NCBI GenBank assembly: GCA_050259635.1
Contig: JBLNBA010000002.1
Span: 154,906 to 218,905, forward strand
Reading direction: 5' to 3'
DNA length: 64,000 bases
Source of the DNA: Bacillota bacterium
Lineage (GTDB): Bacteria; Patescibacteriota; Patescibacteriia; Patescibacteriales; UBA12465
The notes under the pieces were generated by a model, which saw nothing but the letters and a program-made list of their open reading frames with translations, did no database searches and was not told the DNA's origin. Shown here piece after piece: positions 56,425 to 64,000 of the stretch; within the stretch, counting starts at the first letter, position 1, and every line of letters begins with the position of its first letter. The translations under genes were made by a program, and so were the position numbers.

Positions 56425-57381
56425 ATGGCCAAGATATTAGTGACCGGCGGCGCCGGTTTTATCGGTTCAAATCTAGCTGACCGTCTCCTTTCTGAGGGGA
56501 ATGAAGTTTTTATTATCGATAACCTTTCATCGGGGCGTCGTGATTATGTTCCGGATGGCGCTGTTTTCTGGGAGATGGATATCTGCGATCCTCAGATGAT
56601 TGAGCGCTGTGCTAGCGAAGGCTTTAAGGTTATATATCATTTGGCTGCGCAGATAGATGTGAGGAAGTCCGTGGCGGATCCGGCTGGGGATACCAAGGTG
56701 AATATTCTTGGTGGCATCAATGTCTTGGAAGCGGCTAAGCGCGCCGGGGCTAAAGTCGTCATGGCTTCTACTGGCGGAGCGATTTATGGGGAGACGGAAG
56801 AAATCCCAACGACGGAGAATACTCCGACCTATCCGCTTTCTCCTTATGGAATAAATAAGCTGGCCCTGGAAAAGTATCTGAACTACTATTACTTTGCCTA
56901 TGGGCTGAACTATACCATCCTCCGTTTCGCCAATGTCTATGGCCCGCGGCAATATAAGGGCGGAGAAGCGGGCGTTATTGCCATCTTTACCGAAGCGATG
57001 GCTACCGGGAAGCCATGCACGCTTTATGGGGATGGGAAACAAACACGTGATTTCGTCTATGTGGACGATGTGGTGTCCGCTTTAGTGAAGGCCGGAAAGA
57101 TAGATTGCCGGGGTGAGATCAATATCGGCACCGGGAAAGAGATCGACATGTGGCAGATGGTTTCCGCGATTGAGGCAGCTGCCGGTGGCAAGCTTGCTCT
57201 TGAGCTGGCTCCGGGGAGAATCGGCGAACAGCGCCGCAGCGTCCTGTCTAACCGGCGGGCTCTAGAGACTTTGGATTGGCAGCCGGAAGTGGGCTTTGAA
57301 GAAGGAGTAAAACGCACCTATGATTGGGTAAGATCCCTTTTGGTCGAAGATATTGCAAATAAATCATTTGTTGAAATATGA
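56425..57381 (+). CDS. NAD-dependent epimerase/dehydratase, UDP-glucose 4-epimerase-like
   Basis: motifs GGAGFIGSNL and YGINK. Confidence 0.65.
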   Translation: MAKILVTGGAGFIGSNLADRLLSEGNEVFIIDNLSSGRRDYVPDGAVFWEMDICDPQMIERCASEGFKVIYHLAAQIDVRKSVADPAGDTKVNILGGINVLEAAKRAGAKVVMASTGGAIYGETEEIPTTENTPTYPLSPYGINKLALEKYLNYYYFAYGLNYTILRFANVYGPRQYKGGEAGVIAIFTEAMATGKPCTLYGDGKQTRDFVYVDDVVSALVKAGKIDCRGEINIGTGKEIDMWQMVSAIEAAAGGKLALELAPGRIGEQRRSVLSNRRALETLDWQPEVGFEEGVKRTYDWVRSLLVEDIANKSFVEI

Positions 57382-58106
57382 AAATATTTATCGCTAACTG
57401 GAAGATGCAGGTACCTTTCGCTGAAGCAGAAATCTTGGCGAAATCCTTTGCCCGTGCTTTCAAGGAATATAAAGGCAAGGCAGTAATCTGCCCGGACTTC
57501 TTAGCTTTACCATTGGTGGGGAAGACGCTTATTCCTTCGGCCCTTAAGCTTGGCGTCCAAGACCTAGCTCCGTATTCGCGAGGTGCTTATACCGGGGAAG
57601 TATCTCCGGTGGATATGGCTGTTCTCGGAGCGGAGTTTGCGCTTATCGGCCACAGTGAACGCCGCTCAATCTTCCATGAAGACGATAAGCTTATCGCCGA
57701 GAAGATCCGGTCCGCCGTAGAACAGGGAATGACTCCGGTACTCTGCGTCGGCGAAAACGCGGCTGAGCGGAAACTGGGCAGGGCGGCGTCGGTCGTACGG
57801 AACCAGTTAAAAGGAGCTTTTAAAGGCATGAAAGCCAAGGAGCTAAAATCCTTGGTCATCGCCTATGAGCCGGTTTGGGCGATTGGCACGGGTTCTGTCT
57901 GCGACCCGGCGACGGCTTTTCGTATGAAGGCGACGATTAGTGATTTTTGCCTGCGATCCGGGCTGAAGAAGACGCCCGTGCTATATGGAGGCAGCGTTAA
58001 GCCGGATAATGCCGCTTCCTTTCTGGCTAAGGGCGGCTTCGACGGATTATTAGTAGGAGGAGCCAGTCTGGAAGTAGAAAGCTTCCTTAAAATCTGTAAA
58101 CAATAA
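57378..58106 (+). CDS. tpiA: triosephosphate isomerase
   Basis: motifs IANWKMQ and AYEPVWAIGTG. Confidence 0.8.
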   Translation: MKIFIANWKMQVPFAEAEILAKSFARAFKEYKGKAVICPDFLALPLVGKTLIPSALKLGVQDLAPYSRGAYTGEVSPVDMAVLGAEFALIGHSERRSIFHEDDKLIAEKIRSAVEQGMTPVLCVGENAAERKLGRAASVVRNQLKGAFKGMKAKELKSLVIAYEPVWAIGTGSVCDPATAFRMKATISDFCLRSGLKKTPVLYGGSVKPDNAASFLAKGGFDGLLVGGASLEVESFLKICKQ

Positions 58107-58108
58107 TT

Positions 58109-58921
58109 ATGCTCGATATCATCGCTTGGATTTTAGCCGGCCTTTCATTGGCTGTCATCCTCTACATCGTCATCCGCAAATTTCCTGCTTTGGCTATCCT
58201 TGACGTAGACAATATTCCCGGCCAGAAGGAAGCGAAATTCAAGGAAAAGATCATGCGCCGACGGGTTGAGCGGGATCTAGGCTTGGTGAATTCTTTCCTT
58301 CTTTTATGGCGGAAGCGTATCGGGGGGCTAATCGGTTCCTTCTTAAAGAGAAGGTACCAACGCTTGGCTAAATTAAGGGACGATATCAAGCGTCAGAAGA
58401 AACTAAGTTTCAGCGAGAAGCGCGAGCGTATCGCGGAACTTTTTGCGCAAGCCAAGGCCGCTCTATCCGCGGATAATTTCGAGGCGGCAGAGAAGCACTT
58501 GATCGAGGTTATCAGTTTGGACGCCAAGCGCCTTTCGGCCTTTCTCGAGCTGGGCGAAAGCTATCGTCTGCGCAAGAGCTATAAAGAGGCTAAAGAGACT
58601 TTCGAGCATACCTTGAAGCTCGCCTATCAGCTTCGGAAAGACCCGGAGATGCTCGAGGGCATAAACATATCGGAAATCCGTTTTTCATTGGCTCGTGTTT
58701 GTTATGAGCTTGATCTAATCGATGAGGCTTTGGAATATGGGCGCCAAGCTTTGGACGCTGAGCCCAACAACCCTCGCTACCTTGATTTAATTTTGGATTT
58801 AAGTATAATGAAAAAAGATAAAAATTCAGCGATTGCCTCTTGGGAAAAGTTAGCCGCCGCCAATCCGGAGAATAATAAGCTTCCGGAATGGAAAGCGAAG
58901 ATCGACGCCCTGGAAGAATAG
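58109..58921 (+). CDS. membrane-anchored TPR-repeat protein
   Basis: N-terminal TM; TPR-like helical repeats. Confidence 0.45.
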   Translation: MLDIIAWILAGLSLAVILYIVIRKFPALAILDVDNIPGQKEAKFKEKIMRRRVERDLGLVNSFLLLWRKRIGGLIGSFLKRRYQRLAKLRDDIKRQKKLSFSEKRERIAELFAQAKAALSADNFEAAEKHLIEVISLDAKRLSAFLELGESYRLRKSYKEAKETFEHTLKLAYQLRKDPEMLEGINISEIRFSLARVCYELDLIDEALEYGRQALDAEPNNPRYLDLILDLSIMKKDKNSAIASWEKLAAANPENNKLPEWKAKIDALEE

Positions 58922-58994
58922 GCCGTTTTAGCTCAGTTGGTAGAGCATCTCCATGGTAAGGAGAAGGTCTCGGGTCCGAATCCCGAAAACGGCT
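58922..58994 (+). tRNA. tRNA-Thr (anticodon GGU)
   Basis: acceptor GCCGTTT/AAAACGGC, D-stem GCTC/GAGC, anticodon stem TCTCC/GGAGA with loop AUGGUAA. Confidence 0.75.
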
Positions 58995-59004
58995 CGGAAA
59001 AGAA

Positions 59005-59040
59005 AAAAGCCACCTTTGTTTGGTGGCTTTTGCTTTTTTT
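59005..59040. terminator. bidirectional terminator (AGCCACC-loop-GGTGGCT)
   Basis: stem flanked by A-run and T-run. Confidence 0.65.
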
Positions 59041-59048
59041 AAAACAGT

Positions 59049-59516
59049 TTAGAGTTCAGTTATGTCTTCGATGCTGTTAATTTTTATGGCGCCCGGAATC
59101 TTAAAGCGGGAACCAGTTTTAACGAAAATTTTTAGCTTTGGGTTTTCTCTCAATGCCCGCTTGACGTGGTGTGCTAAGGCTTTTGATCCTTCACCCCTGG
59201 CTGGTTCATTCTCTGGGCGTTCACGGAAGTCAACATAGAAGATGTCCGCTATTTCCAAGACTCTTTCTAGTTGCTGGCCATTGGCACAGTCGTTCAGATA
59301 TCCGCCGAAAGCATACCAGCAAAGATTGGCATCGTGCTTTAGGCACATTTGCCGGTGGATTTCCCCTCCTGCGCTCAGGGTCCCAGTACTCATCACCAAC
59401 ATGTTGGATGATGAGTCATAGACAATTATACACTTATGCTTCTTACTTTTTTTATTAAGCTCTTTTTTCGTTGCGCCAACATAAAGGCGCAAATTCTGGT
59501 CATCTAGTCTTCCCAT
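59049..59516 (-). CDS. hypothetical 155-aa protein (possible Rossmann-like fold)
   Basis: ORF; AT-rich flanks; no confident motif. Confidence 0.4.
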   Translation of the reverse strand: MGRLDDQNLRLYVGATKKELNKKSKKHKCIIVYDSSSNMLVMSTGTLSAGGEIHRQMCLKHDANLCWYAFGGYLNDCANGQQLERVLEIADIFYVDFRERPENEPARGEGSKALAHHVKRALRENPKLKIFVKTGSRFKIPGAIKINSIEDITEL

Positions 59517-59643
59517 GCTGTTTTTTTTAGTAATGAACGATTGTTTTGTTCGTATATAATATTAGGATATTAGATAATTGTCAATAGAGAAGGGAAATGG
59601 TAATAACTTTAAAGTTAGCCAATATTAAACCAAACTATATATA

Positions 59644-59672
59644 TTGACATTTATCATAAAATGTGCTATATT
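59644..59672 (+). promoter_or_regulatory. promoter TTGACA, 17-bp spacer, extended -10 TGcTATATT
   Basis: consensus hexamers in a 265-nt AT-rich gap. Confidence 0.5.
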
Positions 59673-59782
59673 TATGGGGTTGATATGCTGGATTTCTAAG
59701 CCGTCAACTTGGACATTAAAAAGTAAATATAAACTAAAATAAACGAGACCCATGGACGAGAAAAGTAAGCCTGGGATAAACA

Positions 59783-60730
59783 ATGGAAACAATCTATGTG
59801 GTAATCATTGCCAGCTTGCTGGTAGCCTCCTATGTGGCAAGTGGTATAGTGATGGTGCATGAGAATTTTCATATCGTTACCGAACTTTTCGGTAAGAAAT
59901 GGAAAGAACTAGGACCGGGGATAAAGTGGATTCCGCCGTTAATCGTCAGGAAGGCACATATAGTATTTATGGGAACATTCCCTTATGAGCTTAAATTAGG
60001 AAGCGATGGTCCGGGTGGCGATGTCGTCGAGTTCGCAGATGAGTCCTCCATTGTAGCGGTTATTATCCATTTTAAGATAATAAAACCAATGAAGGCGGTG
60101 TATGTAGCCGCTTCACCCGACGAGCTTATGCTAATGGTCATCGATTTATTTGATTCGGTAATTCGCGGGTTCCTAAGAGGATTTACCGTCCAAGATGCAG
60201 ATAAATACAAGAACAAGTTTTCGCTGGAAGTCATTGCTCAAGGAGTTAAGTTGGCAGAAGGCGAAGAACTGGTTCCTTTGGATGAAACTGCCTTCGGTAA
60301 AAAGCTTGCTGAATGGGGTATTAAGCCTGAATTGATATCAATCAAGGATATTGGTTTGCCTGAACGGATCATGGAGCAAATGCGACGGACTATGCAGGTT
60401 GCCAAGGATCTGGAAATCGCAACCTCGGAATTGGACGTTGCGAATAAGGTTGCCCTGAAAGCCGAGATTGTTGCTAAAAGCAAAAGAGAAGTAACCGTGA
60501 TCGAAGCTAAAGGTGAAAAGGAAGCTATGCAAGAACTCGCCGAAGGAGAAACCGCAAGATTAAAAAAATTAATGGAGAACGGCTTAAGTGCAAACGACGC
60601 CGCTAACCATATAATTGAATTGGAAAAAACTGAGGCTTTGAAGAAAGCTGGAAGTGTAACATGGGTCGGTGGCAACACTGATCTCGCATCTATCGGAGCC
60701 GCAATCGGCGCCGGATTGAAAAGTAAATAA
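59783..60730 (+). CDS. SPFH/band-7 (stomatin/prohibitin-like) protein
   Basis: N-terminal TM, SPFH core, C-terminal coiled coil. Confidence 0.65.
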   Translation: METIYVVIIASLLVASYVASGIVMVHENFHIVTELFGKKWKELGPGIKWIPPLIVRKAHIVFMGTFPYELKLGSDGPGGDVVEFADESSIVAVIIHFKIIKPMKAVYVAASPDELMLMVIDLFDSVIRGFLRGFTVQDADKYKNKFSLEVIAQGVKLAEGEELVPLDETAFGKKLAEWGIKPELISIKDIGLPERIMEQMRRTMQVAKDLEIATSELDVANKVALKAEIVAKSKREVTVIEAKGEKEAMQELAEGETARLKKLMENGLSANDAANHIIELEKTEALKKAGSVTWVGGNTDLASIGAAIGAGLKSK

Positions 60731-60750
60731 CAGAAAAAAAGAAATCAGAC

Positions 60751-61437
60751 ATGGCAACTTACAGACCAGTACCTCCGGTTACTAACCCTGCGCCAACGGT
60801 GCGACCGACAAACCCAGCACAAACAGGACAACCGGCTCCTCAACCGCAGGCTAATCCCGCTCCTGCTCCTGCTCCTACTCCCGCTCCTGCCCCCCTTACT
60901 CTCAAGGGTATAGGAGTAAATATTTTGTGTGCAGCTTTAGGGGTAGTCGTATTTATCATTATAAGAGTGATTATGCCCGATGGTATATCATGGTGGGCAG
61001 TAAATATTATCGCCCTGGGTATTTCGATGCTATTCTTGGCAGGAGCCGCTGCATTGGGCAATAAGAATGAGAAGCTAGCCGTAGCAACTCCTTTGTTTAT
61101 CCTTACAGTTTTCTTTCTCTTTATGGTTTTTGATTATAATAGCCATAGAGGGGAGGTAACCGATGCTCAGCCAAAAATTGTTGTTCTTTCCGCCGGAGCG
61201 CATAGTTTCGAATTAAAACCCGGAGAAAAGACCCCCTGGCTTCGTTTTGAACCAAATTCTATAGTTCGTTATAATATCTCATCGCATTCATCGGAATACG
61301 ACGTCTGTTATTCGGATGGCAAGATCTTCCCCGGTACGAGCGAGACGATACCTGACCAAAGGAATCCTTCGTTCTACGTGCAAAGCAAGTCAGATGCATT
61401 CCAATTGGTAACGATAATAGTTAGGAATGATATTTGA
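60751..61437 (+). CDS. membrane protein with Pro-rich N-terminal tail (PAPAPAPTPAPAP)
   Basis: 2-3 TM segments; low-complexity N-terminus. Confidence 0.4.
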   Translation: MATYRPVPPVTNPAPTVRPTNPAQTGQPAPQPQANPAPAPAPTPAPAPLTLKGIGVNILCAALGVVVFIIIRVIMPDGISWWAVNIIALGISMLFLAGAAALGNKNEKLAVATPLFILTVFFLFMVFDYNSHRGEVTDAQPKIVVLSAGAHSFELKPGEKTPWLRFEPNSIVRYNISSHSSEYDVCYSDGKIFPGTSETIPDQRNPSFYVQSKSDAFQLVTIIVRNDI

Positions 61438-61444
61438 TCCTTAT

Positions 61445-61474
61445 AGAGGTTGCCCTAAAGCAACCTCTTTTTTA
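61445..61474 (+). terminator. terminator (AGAGGTTGC-loop-GCAACCTCT + T6)
   Basis: perfect 9-bp stem. Confidence 0.7.
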
Positions 61475-61518
61475 TTTAGGAAATCGTTGTTATAATAAAA
61501 GTATAATAATGCAACTCT

Positions 61519-61917
61519 ATGAGGATTTTTATTTATACACTCTGTTTAATAAGTTCGCTGTTTATTTCTTTTCCTGTACTTGCCCAAGGCAGTGGTGCTC
61601 AGACTGACAATGGGATTGGCAGCGGGGCGCAAACGATTCCGCCAACGGCAGCGACGGATGAATTGACTAATCCTCTCAAGGGAGTGGATACTCCTCAGGA
61701 ACTTATAGGGTCCGTTATTGAAAAGCTTTTCGGGATTATCGGGTCCCTCGCTCTGGTAATGTTTATCTATGGCGGTCTGATTTGGATGACTTCCTCCGGC
61801 AGCTCTACCCAAGTCAAGAAGGGAAGGGATATAATTGTCTGGGCGATTGTCGGCATGGTGGTTATCTTTTCTGCCTATGCCCTAGTCCGGTTCGTTATAC
61901 AGGGGATTGGAGCTTAA
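61519..61917 (+). CDS. TrbC/VirB2-like pilin-type small membrane protein (signal peptide plus two C-terminal TM helices)
   Basis: architecture only. Confidence 0.3.
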   Translation: MRIFIYTLCLISSLFISFPVLAQGSGAQTDNGIGSGAQTIPPTAATDELTNPLKGVDTPQELIGSVIEKLFGIIGSLALVMFIYGGLIWMTSSGSSTQVKKGRDIIVWAIVGMVVIFSAYALVRFVIQGIGA

Positions 61918-61942
61918 TATAGATTACATCTTAAGTATTACA

Positions 61943-61972
61943 AAGGCCGTCTAATGACGGCCTTTTCCTTTT
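61943..61972 (+). terminator. terminator (AGGCCGTC-taat-GACGGCCT + T-run)
   Basis: perfect 8-bp stem. Confidence 0.65.
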
Positions 61973-62041
61973 GTTTGACATTCGCCCGTATTTTTATATA
62001 ATGGATACAGCCTGTATGCAGGCCTTTGTTTTATTGATAGA

Positions 62042-62127
62042 GGGTCGGTACCGAAGCGGTCAAACGGGACAGACTGTAAATCTGTTGGCTCACGCCTTCG
62101 CAGGTTCGAATCCTGCCCGGCCCACCA
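62042..62127 (+). tRNA. tRNA-Tyr (anticodon GUA), type II with long variable arm, CCA encoded
   Basis: close match to canonical bacterial tRNA-Tyr (..CAGACTGTAAATCTG..GGTTCGAATCC..CCACCA). Confidence 0.85.
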
Positions 62128-62230
62128 AGAAAAGATCTCACAATGGGGTCTTTTTTATTGCTCCCTAAGCCTATTGACTAGATGTGTATATTGTGGTAAT
62201 GTCTGACGGTGGTTCATTACAATGGATGGG

Positions 62231-62273
62231 TTGATAATCGAATTCGTCTTTTAAAGGTGGCGTCGATTATCAA
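62231..62273. promoter_or_regulatory. perfect 11-bp inverted repeat TTGATAATCGA-N21-TCGATTATCAA upstream of the 62295 gene; candidate operator
   Basis: exact reverse complements. Confidence 0.45.
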
Positions 62274-62294
62274 TCAATCCTAAAAAACAAACAA

Positions 62295-62840
62295 ATGGAA
62301 AGCAGATTATCAATGAATTCATTAGAAAAGCTGGTTAAAAAAACCGGTCAGGCTTTTTGCAGGTGTTTTCGAATAAATACGGTTGCAAGGGCAATGTTGT
62401 TCAATTCTATATTGGCTCGGGTAATATTTTTTACCGAAGCAATATTGGTAGGGCTGATGAGCCTTGCTGTTTATCTGATTAAGGATAATTTTTCGGTGGC
62501 GATAATCATAGCCACAGCGATTACCCTGTTGGGAGTTGCATGCCTACTTTATTACTTGAGTAAGCTCATGGGAGCACTCCTTTACCCCACTAGATGGAAA
62601 CTAAGTTCCGAGCAGCGTCAACGTCTGTGGGGAGATAACTACCCCAAGCTATTAGCCGGCAATATTTGTGCGTTAGATGATGACGTATTTTTTTACGGGT
62701 GTTTAGTTTATGAGCCGTACGAAGAAAAGAAAATAGCCAAAGCTATCATCGAAACGCCTTTTGTTTCTTCGGCAGAAAAAATTCGCGGTGACCTTGATTC
62801 TATTTTGGAAATAAAAAGCAAGTTCACTAAATGTTTGTAA
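62295..62840 (+). CDS. hypothetical membrane protein
   Basis: 2-3 TM segments. Confidence 0.4.
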   Translation: MESRLSMNSLEKLVKKTGQAFCRCFRINTVARAMLFNSILARVIFFTEAILVGLMSLAVYLIKDNFSVAIIIATAITLLGVACLLYYLSKLMGALLYPTRWKLSSEQRQRLWGDNYPKLLAGNICALDDDVFFYGCLVYEPYEEKKIAKAIIETPFVSSAEKIRGDLDSILEIKSKFTKCL

Positions 62841-62849
62841 AATACGATA

Positions 62850-62878
62850 GGGCAGTAGCAATCGCTACTGCTTTTTTA
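62850..62878 (+). terminator. terminator (GCAGTAGC-aatc-GCTACTGC + T6)
   Basis: perfect 8-bp stem. Confidence 0.7.
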
Positions 62879-63008
62879 TTGGGTCTGATATAATATCTAT
62901 ATATGCCCTTAATTGATCCGGACAAAACAGGCCTTAGCCTGCTCAAGATATTTGCCATTGAGTTTTTGGCTTTGGCAATCATCATAACCGTTATTTTAGT
63001 CCTCTGAT

Positions 63009-63896
63009 ATGCCGGAACTGCCTGAAGTGGAAACTGTGCGGCGAGATCTGATTAAATATCTTGTCGGCCGTCGCTTTTTCTCGACTAAGATTTATGATTT
63101 TAAAAACGTCGCTCCCGGGGCGGCTTTTTTAGCGCGCTATCTCAAGGGGGCAAAAGTACTGGGCTTGAGGAGGAGGGGAAAGCTCCTGATTATCGATTTA
63201 GATAAAGAAGGGAATCGAGACCGTCACTTGCTTATCCATCTCAAGATGACCGGACAGTTGGTGTACCGCCAAGGTAAGGACATCAAGGCGGGAGGGCACA
63301 GCCTGGGAGGAACGAGCATATCGGAGATGACGGGCGGCTTTTTGCCCAACAAGCATACACGGGCGGTCTTTGCTTTTGAGGGTGGCGCTTATCTATATTT
63401 TAACGACTTGAGGAAGTTCGGATATATAAAATTGTCCACGGATGAAGAATTGGAGAAAATCATTTCAGCGGGATATGGTCCCGAGCCGGGAGAGAAGGAG
63501 TTCTCGGTTTCATATCTCAGTTCCATTCTTAAGAGGAAAGCCCCGGTGAAAGCCGTTATTCTCAATCAAAAATTAATTGCCGGCTTGGGCAATATTTATG
63601 CGGATGAGTCATTGTTCGCTGCTAAAATAGATCCCTCTCGGAGCGCTTCCAGCCTTAAGGATGGGGAGATAAGGGAGCTCCATAGGGCGATTGTGAATAT
63701 TATTAGAAAAGCGGTGAAGGCAAGAGGTACGACATTCCGAAATTATGTTGACGCTTTTGGAAAAAAAGGTAAGTTTTCATCTTTCCTGAATGTTTATCAA
63801 CGATCCGGGCAAAAATGTCCCCGTTGTGGCCGAAAAATCCTGAAGAAACGAGTGGCCGGCAGAGGAACACATTATTGCGCACATTGTCAAAGATAG
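63009..63896 (+). CDS. mutM: formamidopyrimidine-DNA glycosylase
   Basis: N-terminus MPELPEVETVRR; C-terminal zinc finger CPRCG...CAHCQ. Confidence 0.85.
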   Translation: MPELPEVETVRRDLIKYLVGRRFFSTKIYDFKNVAPGAAFLARYLKGAKVLGLRRRGKLLIIDLDKEGNRDRHLLIHLKMTGQLVYRQGKDIKAGGHSLGGTSISEMTGGFLPNKHTRAVFAFEGGAYLYFNDLRKFGYIKLSTDEELEKIISAGYGPEPGEKEFSVSYLSSILKRKAPVKAVILNQKLIAGLGNIYADESLFAAKIDPSRSASSLKDGEIRELHRAIVNIIRKAVKARGTTFRNYVDAFGKKGKFSSFLNVYQRSGQKCPRCGRKILKKRVAGRGTHYCAHCQR

Positions 63897-64000
63897 AGAA
63901 TTTAGCCTGATATTTGACTTTTTTACTGTTTTTATCTATTGTATTAGGGTAATTAATAAGTAAAAGAACAATGCTATGTCACAGGACAACATGATCAAGC

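Noticed and set aside
61971-62168. 65-aa ORF
   Set aside because: It overlaps tRNA-Tyr almost entirely, and the tRNA cloverleaf is unambiguous.

Overview
The window looks like a compact, gene-dense bacterial chromosome segment of about 50% GC. Gene content and style suggest a small-genome, CPR/Patescibacteria-like organism, but that is inference. Most of the sequence is coding, and almost every gene ends in a clear hairpin plus T-run. Housekeeping genes I recognise are miaB-miaA, gatB, a dTMP-synthesis block (dCMP deaminase, ThyX-like, a small kinase, Tmk-Dut), murA, rplU, ybaB-recR, dnaB, fmt, def, clpB, gyrB, pgk-eno, tpiA, galU, a galE-like gene and mutM. There are five tRNAs: Thr-TGT, Lys-TTT, Glu-CTC, Thr-GGT and Tyr-GTA. 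There is also a sizeable cell-envelope set: three GT2 glycosyltransferases, GT-C-like membrane proteins, a WecA-like transferase, an L,D-transpeptidase, secreted repeat proteins, an ECF sigma/anti-sigma pair, PadR/PspC and XRE/membrane pairs. The most unusual observations are six. First, a predicted regulator at 176-1204 that joins a sigma-70 region-4 helix-turn-helix to an RNA polymerase alpha-CTD-like module, sitting behind a strong promoter and a perfect 16-bp inverted repeat. Second, a Tmk-dUTPase fusion inside the dTMP operon. Third, a WecA/MraY-like membrane transferase fused to a QueH(DUF208)-like Cys-rich domain. Fourth, a 294-aa short iPGM-like protein after eno whose metal ligands appear substituted. 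Fifth, a CIRCE-controlled clpB divergent from a membrane-anchored Clp-like ATPase with a degenerate D1 Walker B. Sixth, several AT-rich orphan genes beside tRNAs. No CRISPR array, rRNA or obvious transposase was seen. All family assignments are by-eye motif recognition without database searches.
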